From Vulcanisaeta distributa DSM 14429 (GTDB lineage Archaea > Thermoproteota > Thermoprotei > Thermoproteales > Thermocladiaceae): a stretch of DNA of 32,000 nucleotides. This document shows positions 22,118 to 30,974 of this stretch, piece by piece. Made by a program: the position numbers and the translations under genes. Position 1 is the first letter of the stretch. Each line of letters begins with the position of its first letter. The notes below the pieces were generated by a model that was given only the letters and a program-made list of their open reading frames with translations, was not told the origin of the DNA and searched no databases. Location of the stretch: assembly GCF_000148385.1 (NCBI RefSeq), contig NC_014537.1, forward strand, positions 1,200,001 to 1,232,000, read 5' to 3'.

Positions 22118-25100
22118 GTGTCCGTTATTGATTCACGCTTCACCCTGGAGACTCAATTCGATGTAAAAAGGATCGAGGAGGTGGTTAGGCAGTATTGGCA
22201 TGAGGCGAATATTGAGGGTAAGTGGCATGAAGGCCCTGTAAATGTTAATAAGTGGTATACATTCCTCGAGGGCCCACCAACGACTAATGGCTTCCCACAT
22301 GTTGGTCATATTAGGGGTAGGACGTATAAGGACGTTGTCCTTAGGTACCATAGGCTACTTGGTTATAGGGTTTGGGCGCAGGGTGGTTGGGATGAGCAGG
22401 GGTTGCCGGTGGAGATTGAGGTTGAGAAGAAGCTTGGGCTTAGGACTAAGAAGGATATTGAGAAGGTTGGTTATGATAAATTCAGCCTTGAGTGTAACTC
22501 ATTGGTTGATTACTACCTTGAGAAGTGGAGGGAGGTTGGTACGAGGAAACTTGGTCTATGGTTAGACCTTGATAAGGCCTATGAGACTAGGAAGCCGTAC
22601 TACATAGAGCATGTTTGGGCCTTCTTGAAGAATGCCTGGGAGAAGGGATTGCTATTTGAGGATTATAGGGTGCTACCATTCTGCCCAAGGTGCGAAACAG
22701 CCCTTAGTGATGCCGAGGTTGACCAGGGCTATGAGGATAGGGAGGACCCGTCAATATATGTTAAATTCCCCGTTGAGGGCGTAAGCAATACGTACCTTGT
22801 TATTTGGACCACAACGCCTTGGACGCTAATTGATAATGAGGCTGTGGCTGTTAATCCCAACTTTAACTACGCATTGGTTAAAGTCAATATTAATAATACC
22901 ACGGAGTATCTATGGCTCGCTGAGCCCCTTGTGCCTAAGTTAATGGAGAAGTTCCGAATTAAGGATTATGAAATTGTTAGGGTTGTTAAGGGTTCAGAAT
23001 TAGCTGGGACTAGGTATAGGCATATATACATGGAGAGGGTACCAATACATGCAAGTCATATTGAGAGAGCTCATTACGTGGTTCTTGCGGACTTTGTAAC
23101 GCTTGAGGAGGGTACTGGGCTTGTCCACATAGCCCCTGCCCATGGCCCTGAGGACTTTGAGACGGCTAAGAAGTATGGCCTACCGATTACGAACTCTGTG
23201 GAGATAAATGGGATATTCAATGAAAATGGTGGTGAATTTAAGGGTAGGTATTGGCTTGATGTTTCCCAGGAAGTAATTAAGGATTTGAAGGAGAGAGGCT
23301 TACTACTTCATTACGAGACGATAGTGCATGCGTACCCACATTGTTGGAGGTGCGGTACGCCGTTGATTTATAGGTCTGATAGGCAGTGGTTCATTAGGGT
23401 ATCAGCATACAGGGATAAGCTGGTTGAGGAGCTTAAGAAGGTGAAGATATACCCGGACTTCCTGAGGGATAGGTTTGATAACTGGGTTGCCAATGCCAGG
23501 GATTGGACGATATCGAGAAGTAGGGTTTGGGGTACGCCATTACCTGTTTGGCGTTGTAAGGATGACCCAAGTAAAGTCCTCGTCATAGGTTCGCTGGATG
23601 AGTTAAGGAAGTACGCTAAGTTCATACCCAATGTACCAAGTGAGATGCTTGTTCATAGGCCGTGGATTGACATGGTGAAGATAGAGACCGAGGACTGTAA
23701 GGAATGGGTTAGGGAGCCATTCGTTGTTGATGTGTGGATGGACAGCGGTGTTGCCTGGATTGCAAGTGTTGATGGGCTTAGAAATAAGGAGTTATTCAAT
23801 AGGTTATATCCGTATGACTGGGTTACAGAGGCAATAGATCAGACCAGGGGTTGGTTTTACTCGCTGCTTGTCACGTCAGTACTATGGATGGGCAGGGCGC
23901 CCTATAAGTCCATATTAATTAGTGGTCACGTTGTTGATAAGTATGGTCAGAAGATGAGTAAGTCTAAGGGCAACGTGGTTTGGGCCGAGGACTTATTCAA
24001 TAAGTGGGGTGCTGACCCAACGAGGCTTTACCTACTCACAAAGTCTGCCCCCTGGGATACAATGTCGGTTGACCCAGACGAGATCGCCGAGACAAGAAGC
24101 ATACTTTCAATACTTTGGAATGTGGTTAAATTCGCAGATACCTACATGACCCTTGACAGGTTTGACCCAGCCGTGCATAGGCTTGAGGATTTAATTAGTA
24201 AGGGGTTAATTGAGGATAGGTGGTTGCTTAGTAGGTTCTATAGTAGGTTACGTAGGTTCATTAATTATATGAATGGCATGGAGCTTCATATGGCAGCAAG
24301 GGAATGGGTTAGCCTGGTTGTTGATGATTTAAGCCACGGCTATATTAGGCTTATTAGACGCAGGGTCTGGACCGAGGAGAGCAGGGAGGATAAGTATGCA
24401 GCGTATGCCGTACTTTACCACGTGATTAAGGGAGCCTTAATAATGGGCTCAGCCTTAGTGCCGCATATAACCGAGTATCTTTGGAATGCTTTTGTTAGAA
24501 AGTTTGAGAGGAATGAGGCAGAGAGTGTGCACTTAACGTTATTACCCCAGGTGAATGAGGGATACATAAATGAGAAGTTGGAGGGAGCCTTTGACTTACT
24601 ATTTGCCATGTTCTCAGACATAGCGGAGATGAGGAATAGAATAAAGGTTAAGCTTAGGTGGCCCCTGGCAAGGGCGGTAATTAAGGTTGAAAATGCCAAT
24701 AACCTAGAAATGCTGAGGCAGGTGAAGCACTTGCTTGAGTACTTAGCCAATGTTAAGGAGGTGGAACTTGTGAGTGAGATTGGTCAATGTAATGAGGATG
24801 AGTATGTTAGGGCTCAGGGAAGGGGTTACGAGATATGCCTCAGTAAGGTCATGGATAGGAAGCTCTATTACGAAGCCCTCGCCAGGGAAGTTGTCAGGCG
24901 TATACAGACAATGAGGGCTAAGGCTAATCTGAAGGTTGATGAGAGGATTAGGGTATACGTTAATACGAATAGTGACGACCTGTTGGCGGCCATTAAGGAG
25001 TTCATGGTCTACATAACGAATGAGGTTAGGGCTGTAGACGTCGTTGTTGGTAATGTGCCGGCAAGTGCCTTCGCCATGGACTGGGACATTGAGGACATGA

Positions 25101-25135
25101 GGGTTAGGATAGGGATAGAACGCATTACTCAATAA
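22118..25135 (+). CDS. ileS: Isoleucyl-tRNA synthetase
   Basis: Class I signatures PHVGHIRG (HIGH) and KMSKSKGN (KMSKS), an editing-domain insertion and CWRCGTPL. About 1005 aa. The longest ORF starts at GTG 22082. I prefer GTG 22118 because the TATA box falls inside the 22082 extension. Confidence 0.95.
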   Translation: MSVIDSRFTLETQFDVKRIEEVVRQYWHEANIEGKWHEGPVNVNKWYTFLEGPPTTNGFPHVGHIRGRTYKDVVLRYHRLLGYRVWAQGGWDEQGLPVEIEVEKKLGLRTKKDIEKVGYDKFSLECNSLVDYYLEKWREVGTRKLGLWLDLDKAYETRKPYYIEHVWAFLKNAWEKGLLFEDYRVLPFCPRCETALSDAEVDQGYEDREDPSIYVKFPVEGVSNTYLVIWTTTPWTLIDNEAVAVNPNFNYALVKVNINNTTEYLWLAEPLVPKLMEKFRIKDYEIVRVVKGSELAGTRYRHIYMERVPIHASHIERAHYVVLADFVTLEEGTGLVHIAPAHGPEDFETAKKYGLPITNSVEINGIFNENGGEFKGRYWLDVSQEVIKDLKERGLLLHYETIVHAYPHCWRCGTPLIYRSDRQWFIRVSAYRDKLVEELKKVKIYPDFLRDRFDNWVANARDWTISRSRVWGTPLPVWRCKDDPSKVLVIGSLDELRKYAKFIPNVPSEMLVHRPWIDMVKIETEDCKEWVREPFVVDVWMDSGVAWIASVDGLRNKELFNRLYPYDWVTEAIDQTRGWFYSLLVTSVLWMGRAPYKSILISGHVVDKYGQKMSKSKGNVVWAEDLFNKWGADPTRLYLLTKSAPWDTMSVDPDEIAETRSILSILWNVVKFADTYMTLDRFDPAVHRLEDLISKGLIEDRWLLSRFYSRLRRFINYMNGMELHMAAREWVSLVVDDLSHGYIRLIRRRVWTEESREDKYAAYAVLYHVIKGALIMGSALVPHITEYLWNAFVRKFERNEAESVHLTLLPQVNEGYINEKLEGAFDLLFAMFSDIAEMRNRIKVKLRWPLARAVIKVENANNLEMLRQVKHLLEYLANVKEVELVSEIGQCNEDEYVRAQGRGYEICLSKVMDRKLYYEALAREVVRRIQTMRAKANLKVDERIRVYVNTNSDDLLAAIKEFMVYITNEVRAVDVVVGNVPASAFAMDWDIEDMRVRIGIERITQ

Positions 25136-25701
25136 TCCGTTATAATACCCATGCGAATGAGGTGCTTAAGCACCCTTCTAACAACCTTTCTAATCACGAC
25201 CCTACCCCTGAGGGAATTGAATAACTTAACCGCCGCCTTACGAACACTCCCTTCATTAACTAATTCCTGCAGTACCCTCCTCTCTTCCTCACTCATTGGT
25301 ACATTATACCTAAGCGCCAGCCTGGCTATATCGACGGGGCTAAGCCCAACTGAACCATCATCTCTACGACCAATTACTCTAGTAACCTCCAGCGTGAGTA
25401 TCGTGACCCAGTCATTATTGGTAATACTGCCATAAATGCTCTTTAACTCATCGATTAATGCTTCACGGCTGGTGAAGCCATCTGTGATTGCATCCTCATC
25501 TGTCAATTCCGAAATCCTCTTATACAGCACATTAACTATGCGTGCTTTAGCAACCACCATACCACCACTGTGGATAAACACCTCCCTATACTTCGGCCTA
25601 ATGATGCCAAGCCTAATTGTCGTGAATCTACCATTACTCAGCTTATCCAGGTATTTCGACTTAAGCATTAGGTGCCTACCCAGGTAAACGATCCTACGCA
25701 T
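25129..25701 (-). CDS. ASCH (PUA-like) domain protein with C-terminal helical, HTH-like region
   Basis: HLMLKSKYLDKLSNGRFTTIRLGIIRPKYREVFIHSGGMVVAKARIVNVLYKRISELTDEDAITDGF fits the ASCH pattern. ATG 25701 lies about 32 nt from the palindromic TATA. The ORF track's GTG 25728 start is probably an extension. The 3' end overlaps ileS by 7 nt (convergent). Confidence 0.65.
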   Translation of the reverse strand: MRRIVYLGRHLMLKSKYLDKLSNGRFTTIRLGIIRPKYREVFIHSGGMVVAKARIVNVLYKRISELTDEDAITDGFTSREALIDELKSIYGSITNNDWVTILTLEVTRVIGRRDDGSVGLSPVDIARLALRYNVPMSEEERRVLQELVNEGSVRKAAVKLFNSLRGRVVIRKVVRRVLKHLIRMGIITDY

Positions 25702-25727
25702 CCCTACGGTTAATGAGGGAGAGAGCA

Positions 25728-25737
25728 CTTTTAAAAG
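25728..25737. promoter_or_regulatory. Perfectly palindromic TATA-like element CTTTTAAAAG between divergent genes
   Basis: Self-complementary 10-mer. Its centre is about 26 nt from ATG 25759 (+) and about 32 nt from ATG 25701 (-). Confidence 0.45.
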
Positions 25738-25758
25738 CGTTTATTCGCGATATATCTG

Positions 25759-26079
25759 ATGAACCTTGGAAGTATCGTTAAATACGCAAATGCAGCCTAT
25801 GCGGGTCTAATGATAGGATTAGCGGTATACTTTATAGTATTGATTAAGCATGGCTATACATTTGTGCCATCGGGCTCGATAAGTATTAATCAGTTATATG
25901 CATCAGGTACGTTGGGGCCATTAATGCTTGGTATTATTCCCTGGGTCATCATGGTTATGATTGTCGCAACAATATTTATCATCCTAATAAATATGATTTA
26001 TGAAAATAGTCTAAGACCTAAGAGAGAAGTTACGAAAAGGAAAAAAGAGGAGAGGGGAAAGGGTAGGAGTAAAAAATAA
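25759..26079 (+). CDS. Small membrane protein with Lys/Arg/Glu-rich C-terminal tail
   Basis: 106 aa. Two to three TM segments (AYAGLMIGLAVYFIVLI, LMLGIIPWVIMVMIVATIFIILI) and the tail RPKREVTKRKKEERGKGRSKK. Confidence 0.5.
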   Translation: MNLGSIVKYANAAYAGLMIGLAVYFIVLIKHGYTFVPSGSISINQLYASGTLGPLMLGIIPWVIMVMIVATIFIILINMIYENSLRPKREVTKRKKEERGKGRSKK

Positions 26080-26113
26080 TGATGAATTTTGACCATTTAT
26101 CGAGTCGAGAATG

Positions 26114-26392
26114 CTATTCAAGTTCCTTCTCAGTCAGTCTACGTTTTACAGCCCTATCGAAGACTATCCAATTCCTGTACCACTCCTCATTAACCTTCTT
26201 AAGCTCAGTTAATATAGCCTTAGTTAGGTCCTTAGCCGTGACCTTATCAACATCCATGAACTGACACTCAACCTTCCTGGCAATCCTCCTAGCAACATCA
26301 ATCGGTGCGCCCGTCTTAAGTATGCTGACTATAACCTTCTCAATTATGAAGTCCTCCTCAGAACCATCCCTCTTAATCACCTTATTTACCAT
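26114..26392 (-). CDS. Stand-alone ATP-cone domain protein
   Basis: MVNKVIKRDGSEEDFIIEKVIVSILKTGAPIDVARRIARKVE is the ATP-cone opening pattern (V-x-K-R-D-G-x-x-E-x-F). ATG 26392 lies about 30 nt downstream of a TATA-like element (complement of CCTAAAAATA). The ORF track's 26434 start adds a hydrophobic extension. Confidence 0.7.
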   Translation of the reverse strand: MVNKVIKRDGSEEDFIIEKVIVSILKTGAPIDVARRIARKVECQFMDVDKVTAKDLTKAILTELKKVNEEWYRNWIVFDRAVKRRLTEKELE

Positions 26393-26458
26393 ACTAATAA
26401 TTAATAAAATCTTACCTAAAAATACCTTTCCCAAATAATTAAATATTAGTCCTAATTA

Positions 26459-27775
26459 CTACCTTCTAAGGATATTTTGTGAGGACAGCAGTGATTCAAT
26501 TTTATTAATATAAAGCGTCTTCTCAACCTCCTCATAATTGTCATTAACCCTGATCATACCAAGCCTAATGTGGTCGACCAGGTCCTCATTATTAAAGGAC
26601 TTGGGTATTGATATCACGGCCTTGCCAGTGTTATAGTATATTTTCTGCAACACACCCAATGATAACAGATAATTATTCTTATCCTCCAATGCCACGAGTA
26701 GACCTCTCTCCCAATTTATTGGTAGTATTGCTATGCTAACATCACCAAGATTCTTAACCTGAAATTCCTTAACATTGCCTATGGCCACAGCAACCCCTCC
26801 CCACTGCTCAACATAATGTATTGATATGTTGAGACTCCTTTGAATTAACTTCGTAATATAACTATCATACCTTAACCCGTTGAATAATGGTAAATTCACA
26901 ATGGGCTTTTCCCTAAGGCTAATGCTTAATTCCCTGGAGGGCATTAGGTACTTACTATAGCCCATTTCTCTCCGTATCTTCCTATCATCTCTATCCCTAA
27001 TCCTGGCATTGGGTGGTGATGGTAATATAATTGTATTCTTAATGGCATTAGTCAATTCTTTAAGTAATTCATTTACTTCATCGCCACGCCTAATAACGAT
27101 GGCATGACTTATGTTCGCACGCCTAATCATCTCAAGCTTAAACTTTACGGCATCTGGTTCCGAGACCCAACCATCCGTATTTATTACTATAGTATCAACG
27201 TTATAATTATACTTAAGTTCGTTAACTAACTTTGAAATGGCGTTCAATACGTAATCCCACACATACTCTATACTCGTCGTTTTCACGAATATTGACCTTA
27301 AATTTCTCAATTGCGTTAAATGCGTTATGAAGTTTGTAGCCACCGATGCTGATACAGTAGTCGGTGGTCCAACGTCATTTTGACCTGGATCACCATCAAT
27401 AACACCAACCTTAAGTCCTTCTTTCACGCCCTTATTAACGAGTATTGTTGTTACCGTTGTTTTTCCCACATCCATGGCGCCAAGCACCGCTATAATGGAG
27501 TTCCTTAGCTGTATGGTAGATAATGCATTATCCCATGCGTCAATTACCTCGTTGGTTCCATCTATTTTTTCTATCTTTCCCTCAGGACCAAGCACAACGT
27601 CTATTTTACTTTCGCTAAGTGACTTTGCGATTATCCTTCTACCCCTCATGACGGTGAATGAATTACCAGGACCATACTCAACACCTAGCACGTAGAGTTT
27701 ACCATCAATTATTCTAATACTCGCTGGGCCATCAATACTTAGAAATTCATTGGGTCCTACTGACTGTATTTCCAC
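26459..27775 (-). CDS. Clp1/Grc3-family polynucleotide 5'-hydroxyl kinase
   Basis: 438 aa. P-loop VLGAMDVGKTTV, VIDGDPGQNDVGPP (the D-x-D-x-GQ clasp typical of Clp1) and INTDGWV. Confidence 0.85.
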   Translation of the reverse strand: MEIQSVGPNEFLSIDGPASIRIIDGKLYVLGVEYGPGNSFTVMRGRRIIAKSLSESKIDVVLGPEGKIEKIDGTNEVIDAWDNALSTIQLRNSIIAVLGAMDVGKTTVTTILVNKGVKEGLKVGVIDGDPGQNDVGPPTTVSASVATNFITHLTQLRNLRSIFVKTTSIEYVWDYVLNAISKLVNELKYNYNVDTIVINTDGWVSEPDAVKFKLEMIRRANISHAIVIRRGDEVNELLKELTNAIKNTIILPSPPNARIRDRDDRKIRREMGYSKYLMPSRELSISLREKPIVNLPLFNGLRYDSYITKLIQRSLNISIHYVEQWGGVAVAIGNVKEFQVKNLGDVSIAILPINWERGLLVALEDKNNYLLSLGVLQKIYYNTGKAVISIPKSFNNEDLVDHIRLGMIRVNDNYEEVEKTLYINKIESLLSSQNILRR

Positions 27776-27848
27776 GGGTATAATTATTAATTACGTAATT
27801 ATTTAAGCTTGATTACTCAATAGGATTAGGAATATGCAGGATAACCCC

Positions 27849-28226
27849 TTAATACAGTGCCAAATCCCTGAAGTCGTACGGTATTGGCTTACCTTTTTTC
27901 TTAAGTTCGTCATATCTACTCGCTAAGAATTCCTCAAGTATTGGGCATCCCTCGTACCTACCCTCCCTTGGGCACCTATGATCCTCGGTATTAAATAATA
28001 TGAAGCAGTCGCCAGACCTTGTGTCATAGTACGGGCATTTCTTGTAGTAGTCCTTCATTGATCTTATTATCCTGACGATCCATCGTTGCTTTGGGTCCTT
28101 TATTTCCCGCTTTAATTCATATTCGTTTAGATCTTCCTCATCTGAGTAACCATACCTCACTAAAACCACCTTTTTCGAAACGACTAAGGCGTTATTGATT
28201 AAGGATATTAATACCTTTCTCCTCAT
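27849..28226 (-). CDS. Small Cys-rich hypothetical protein (CX9C ... CX8C)
   Basis: 125 aa. CPYYDTRSGDC and CPREGRYEGC give four Cys in two short loops, plausibly a metal site. Divergent from the MoxR gene across a 68-bp spacer. Confidence 0.55.
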   Translation of the reverse strand: MRRKVLISLINNALVVSKKVVLVRYGYSDEEDLNEYELKREIKDPKQRWIVRIIRSMKDYYKKCPYYDTRSGDCFILFNTEDHRCPREGRYEGCPILEEFLASRYDELKKKGKPIPYDFRDLALY

Positions 28227-28260
28227 GCAGAGGCAAATTAGTTAAAACGATGTAGCACTA

Positions 28261-28270
28261 AAAATTTAAA
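28261..28270 (+). promoter_or_regulatory. TATA-like element (AAAATTTAAA) for the MoxR-like gene
   Basis: Centred about 30 nt upstream of ATG 28295. Confidence 0.4.
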
Positions 28271-28294
28271 GCTCAAGAACTGCGTTTGTACTGA

Positions 28295-29296
28295 ATGGCA
28301 TCAGGCAAGGAATTGATGGCATTACTACCGAGGTTATCAGACCTGGTTAAGAGGGAGGAGATCCAGGTTAATAAATTGATCGCGGATGCGATAAGAACGA
28401 AGGGCGTTAAGAAGATACTCACGGAGTTGGAGAGGGAGCTTAAGGGGTTGAATGATATTGCGATGGACGTGCTAAGCAGCCTTGCGGTGGGTAGGCATGT
28501 ATTAATAATGGGTCCCGTGGGTATAGGGAAAACCACATTAGCGGAGACCCTGGCTGAAATACTGCATATATCTGAGCCCCCATACATTGAGGTTGCGTGC
28601 CATAGCCACATGACGGCGACGGAATTAACGGGAGATATTGATATAGCCGTAGCCCTGCAGGCAGGGCTTGACCATCCACTGGCTTACATACCGGGCCCTC
28701 TCGTAATGGCTCATGGCGGTATATTAATACTTGATGAGATAAATAGGTTAAATCCATACAGCCAGGCAGCCCTGCTTCAGGTCCTGCAGGAGCATTACGT
28801 GTTTATAAGGGGCTTTAAGATAAGGAGTGACTTCCTCGTAATAGCAACGTCGAACCCAGCTGAGTACTCAGGTGTTTACGAGCTTAGTGAGGCATTGGCT
28901 GATAGGATGAAGGTTGTGGAGATACCATACCCAGACAAGGACCTACTCAAGTCAATACTTTCCTGGAAGAGTAGCCTATACATGGAGCACCTAGGCCTTA
29001 AGGCTCCGGACGCATTAACGGAGGTTACGGCGACATTCATGACGTTAGTCGCCCAGGATAGCAATATTGAGGTGGGTCCAAGTATTAGGTCTGCGATTTA
29101 TGCAATTACCACGGCCATGTCCAGGGCCTGGCTTGAGGGTAGGGAGGTCTCATTAAATGACTTGAAGAGGGAGATCATTAGTAACATGGTTAATGTCGTG
29201 CGTGGTAACTTTGCCAGTGAGACTGAGAAGAAGGATTACCTTGCACGTAAGTTTGACGAGGCCGTGATGATGTATAGGAGATATTCAAGGAGATGA
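28295..29296 (+). CDS. MoxR / CobS-like AAA+ ATPase
   Basis: 333 aa. Walker A GPVGIGKTT, Walker B ILILDEINRLNP, sensor region ATSNPAEY..LSEALADR. Single AAA+ module of MoxR/CbbQ/NorQ size. Confidence 0.9.
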   Translation: MASGKELMALLPRLSDLVKREEIQVNKLIADAIRTKGVKKILTELERELKGLNDIAMDVLSSLAVGRHVLIMGPVGIGKTTLAETLAEILHISEPPYIEVACHSHMTATELTGDIDIAVALQAGLDHPLAYIPGPLVMAHGGILILDEINRLNPYSQAALLQVLQEHYVFIRGFKIRSDFLVIATSNPAEYSGVYELSEALADRMKVVEIPYPDKDLLKSILSWKSSLYMEHLGLKAPDALTEVTATFMTLVAQDSNIEVGPSIRSAIYAITTAMSRAWLEGREVSLNDLKREIISNMVNVVRGNFASETEKKDYLARKFDEAVMMYRRYSRR

Positions 29297-29376
29297 GCAT
29301 TAATATGAACAGGCATAAGTAATTAGATGGGTAAGTTATTTAATATGGCGCACATTATCCATAGTGGGGTTAAGAC

Positions 29377-30903
29377 TTGAGCACGAGTATTGACCCAGCA
29401 CAAATAATTACGAGGGTGCTTAGCAAGGTTTATGAGTATTTACAGGAGGATTCAAGGGTTGTTAGGCCTGGCTCGGTGAGGAGCTTTGAGGCTGCCGCTA
29501 ATGACATAATGATGAGGATAATAATTGAGGGTGGTGTTGATTATGATAAGTTTAAGGAGACAGTCATTAGGGTCGGCATTGAAAACCTATACTTATCGGT
29601 AGAGACCTCGAACCCAGATGATAAGAAGAGGGTTCTTGAGGAGGCATTTGAAAGGGCCTTTGAGGATGTTGAGAGAATGCAGGAGGAGACTGAGGAGGCT
29701 TCAACACAGCAGGTTGCCGGATTCAACGTTAATAATGTTGGTGAGGTTACTGAGGGTGAGAATATGGAGAGGGGCGATTATGAGAAGGGCGCGGGTAATA
29801 TCGGTGGTGGATTTGGTGCTGAGTATAGTGCTGAGGAGAGTCAGGAGTTACCAATGAGCAGGTCATTAATTGCCAATGTCAATGAGCATAGCAAGGATGC
29901 AAAGCTCGACTCAATAATATCAACAATATATGAAATTCTATACGGTGGTGTTGGTACTGTTAATTTCCTGAACCTGGCTCAATTAATAAACATGTTCATT
30001 GACCCATACGCAAACATTATGGAGAAGATTAAGGTCCTCAGGAAGATGGAGCCATACCTCAGGAATTATGGCTTACTACCCACAGACTTCAGGAGGAGTA
30101 GGGATGGGGAGAGGATGTTTGAGGCTTTGAGGAATGTGGTTAGGAATGCGATGAGTGGTATGGGACAGGTGAAGGTCGTTAGGTTCACGGATATCGACAA
30201 GTATCCAACATACGTGGTCAGTGTTAGGGAGTATAAGATCGGCGATAATTACTTCGACGTCGACCTGCAGAAGACGGCTATGAACCTAAGTAGGAAGTCC
30301 ATGATGCATAAATTATTCACGAATAAGGACATCGTGGTTAAGGAGTATGCGAATGTAAAGACAATAGATATCGTACTGTGTCTGGACGTTTCGGGGAGTA
30401 TGAGGGAGCTTAGTAATGGCATGCCTAAGATAGAGATTGCCAAGGATGCGGTGGCGCAGTACATTCAGTTCCTATCAAAGACAAATGATAGGCTGGCGAT
30501 GGTATTATTTAACTTCAGGGCTGACGTACTATGGGGACTGCACCAGGTTAGGAGGTATTGGCAGCAAATGAATTACATGCTTAAGTATGTATATGCGGGT
30601 GGTGGTACAAACTTGGCCAACGCCCTTGAGAGGTCCAGGGAGGTATTGACCAGGTCCAGGAGTAATTCTAAGCATGTGATTTGCGTAACTGATGGTAGGA
30701 CTGTTAACTCAAGCATGTGTATTAAAGAGGCCGTTAGGCTTAGGAGGAGTGGCACGACAATATCTACCATAGCCATTGGCGAGAATAGTGATGATGAGTT
30801 GCTGATGAGACTTTCGAAGATTGGCGGTGGCCTATTCATAAAGATTAGCAGTATTCATGACCTGGGTAAGGCATTGATAATGGATAAACTACATAGCATG
30901 TGA
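29377..30903 (+). CDS. von Willebrand factor A (vWA) domain protein with acidic low-complexity linker
   Basis: 508 aa with a TTG start. C-terminal vWA domain with MIDAS DVSGSM, GGGTNL, VTDG. Mid-protein acidic/Gly stretch EEASTQQ...GENMERGDYEKGAGNIGGGFGAEYSAEESQE. Immediately downstream of the AAA+ gene. Confidence 0.85.
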   Translation: MSTSIDPAQIITRVLSKVYEYLQEDSRVVRPGSVRSFEAAANDIMMRIIIEGGVDYDKFKETVIRVGIENLYLSVETSNPDDKKRVLEEAFERAFEDVERMQEETEEASTQQVAGFNVNNVGEVTEGENMERGDYEKGAGNIGGGFGAEYSAEESQELPMSRSLIANVNEHSKDAKLDSIISTIYEILYGGVGTVNFLNLAQLINMFIDPYANIMEKIKVLRKMEPYLRNYGLLPTDFRRSRDGERMFEALRNVVRNAMSGMGQVKVVRFTDIDKYPTYVVSVREYKIGDNYFDVDLQKTAMNLSRKSMMHKLFTNKDIVVKEYANVKTIDIVLCLDVSGSMRELSNGMPKIEIAKDAVAQYIQFLSKTNDRLAMVLFNFRADVLWGLHQVRRYWQQMNYMLKYVYAGGGTNLANALERSREVLTRSRSNSKHVICVTDGRTVNSSMCIKEAVRLRRSGTTISTIAIGENSDDELLMRLSKIGGGLFIKISSIHDLGKALIMDKLHSM

Positions 30904-30943
30904 CTTAGGGCCCCTAATAATACACTGGGCATTAGCTTGTTTT

Positions 30944-30954
30944 CTTTATATATT
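30944..30954 (+). promoter_or_regulatory. TATA box (CTTTATATATT) for priL
   Basis: Centred about 26 nt upstream of in-frame GTG 30975. Confidence 0.5.
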
Positions 30955-30974
30955 CACATGCGATTATTAATTTG

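Noticed and set aside
24743-25132. 129-aa minus-strand ORF inside ileS
   Set aside because: Antisense shadow of ileS with no motif support.
26079-26127. ATGATGA at the 25759 gene / ATP-cone gene junction as a C/D sRNA
   Set aside because: No CTGA D or D' boxes at the required spacing.
29264-29313. GTGATGA-12-ATTC-3-GAGATGA-12-ACAG at the 3' end of the MoxR gene
   Set aside because: The geometry is suggestive, but both D' and D boxes are wrong (ATTC, ACAG). The C box lies inside the coding sequence.
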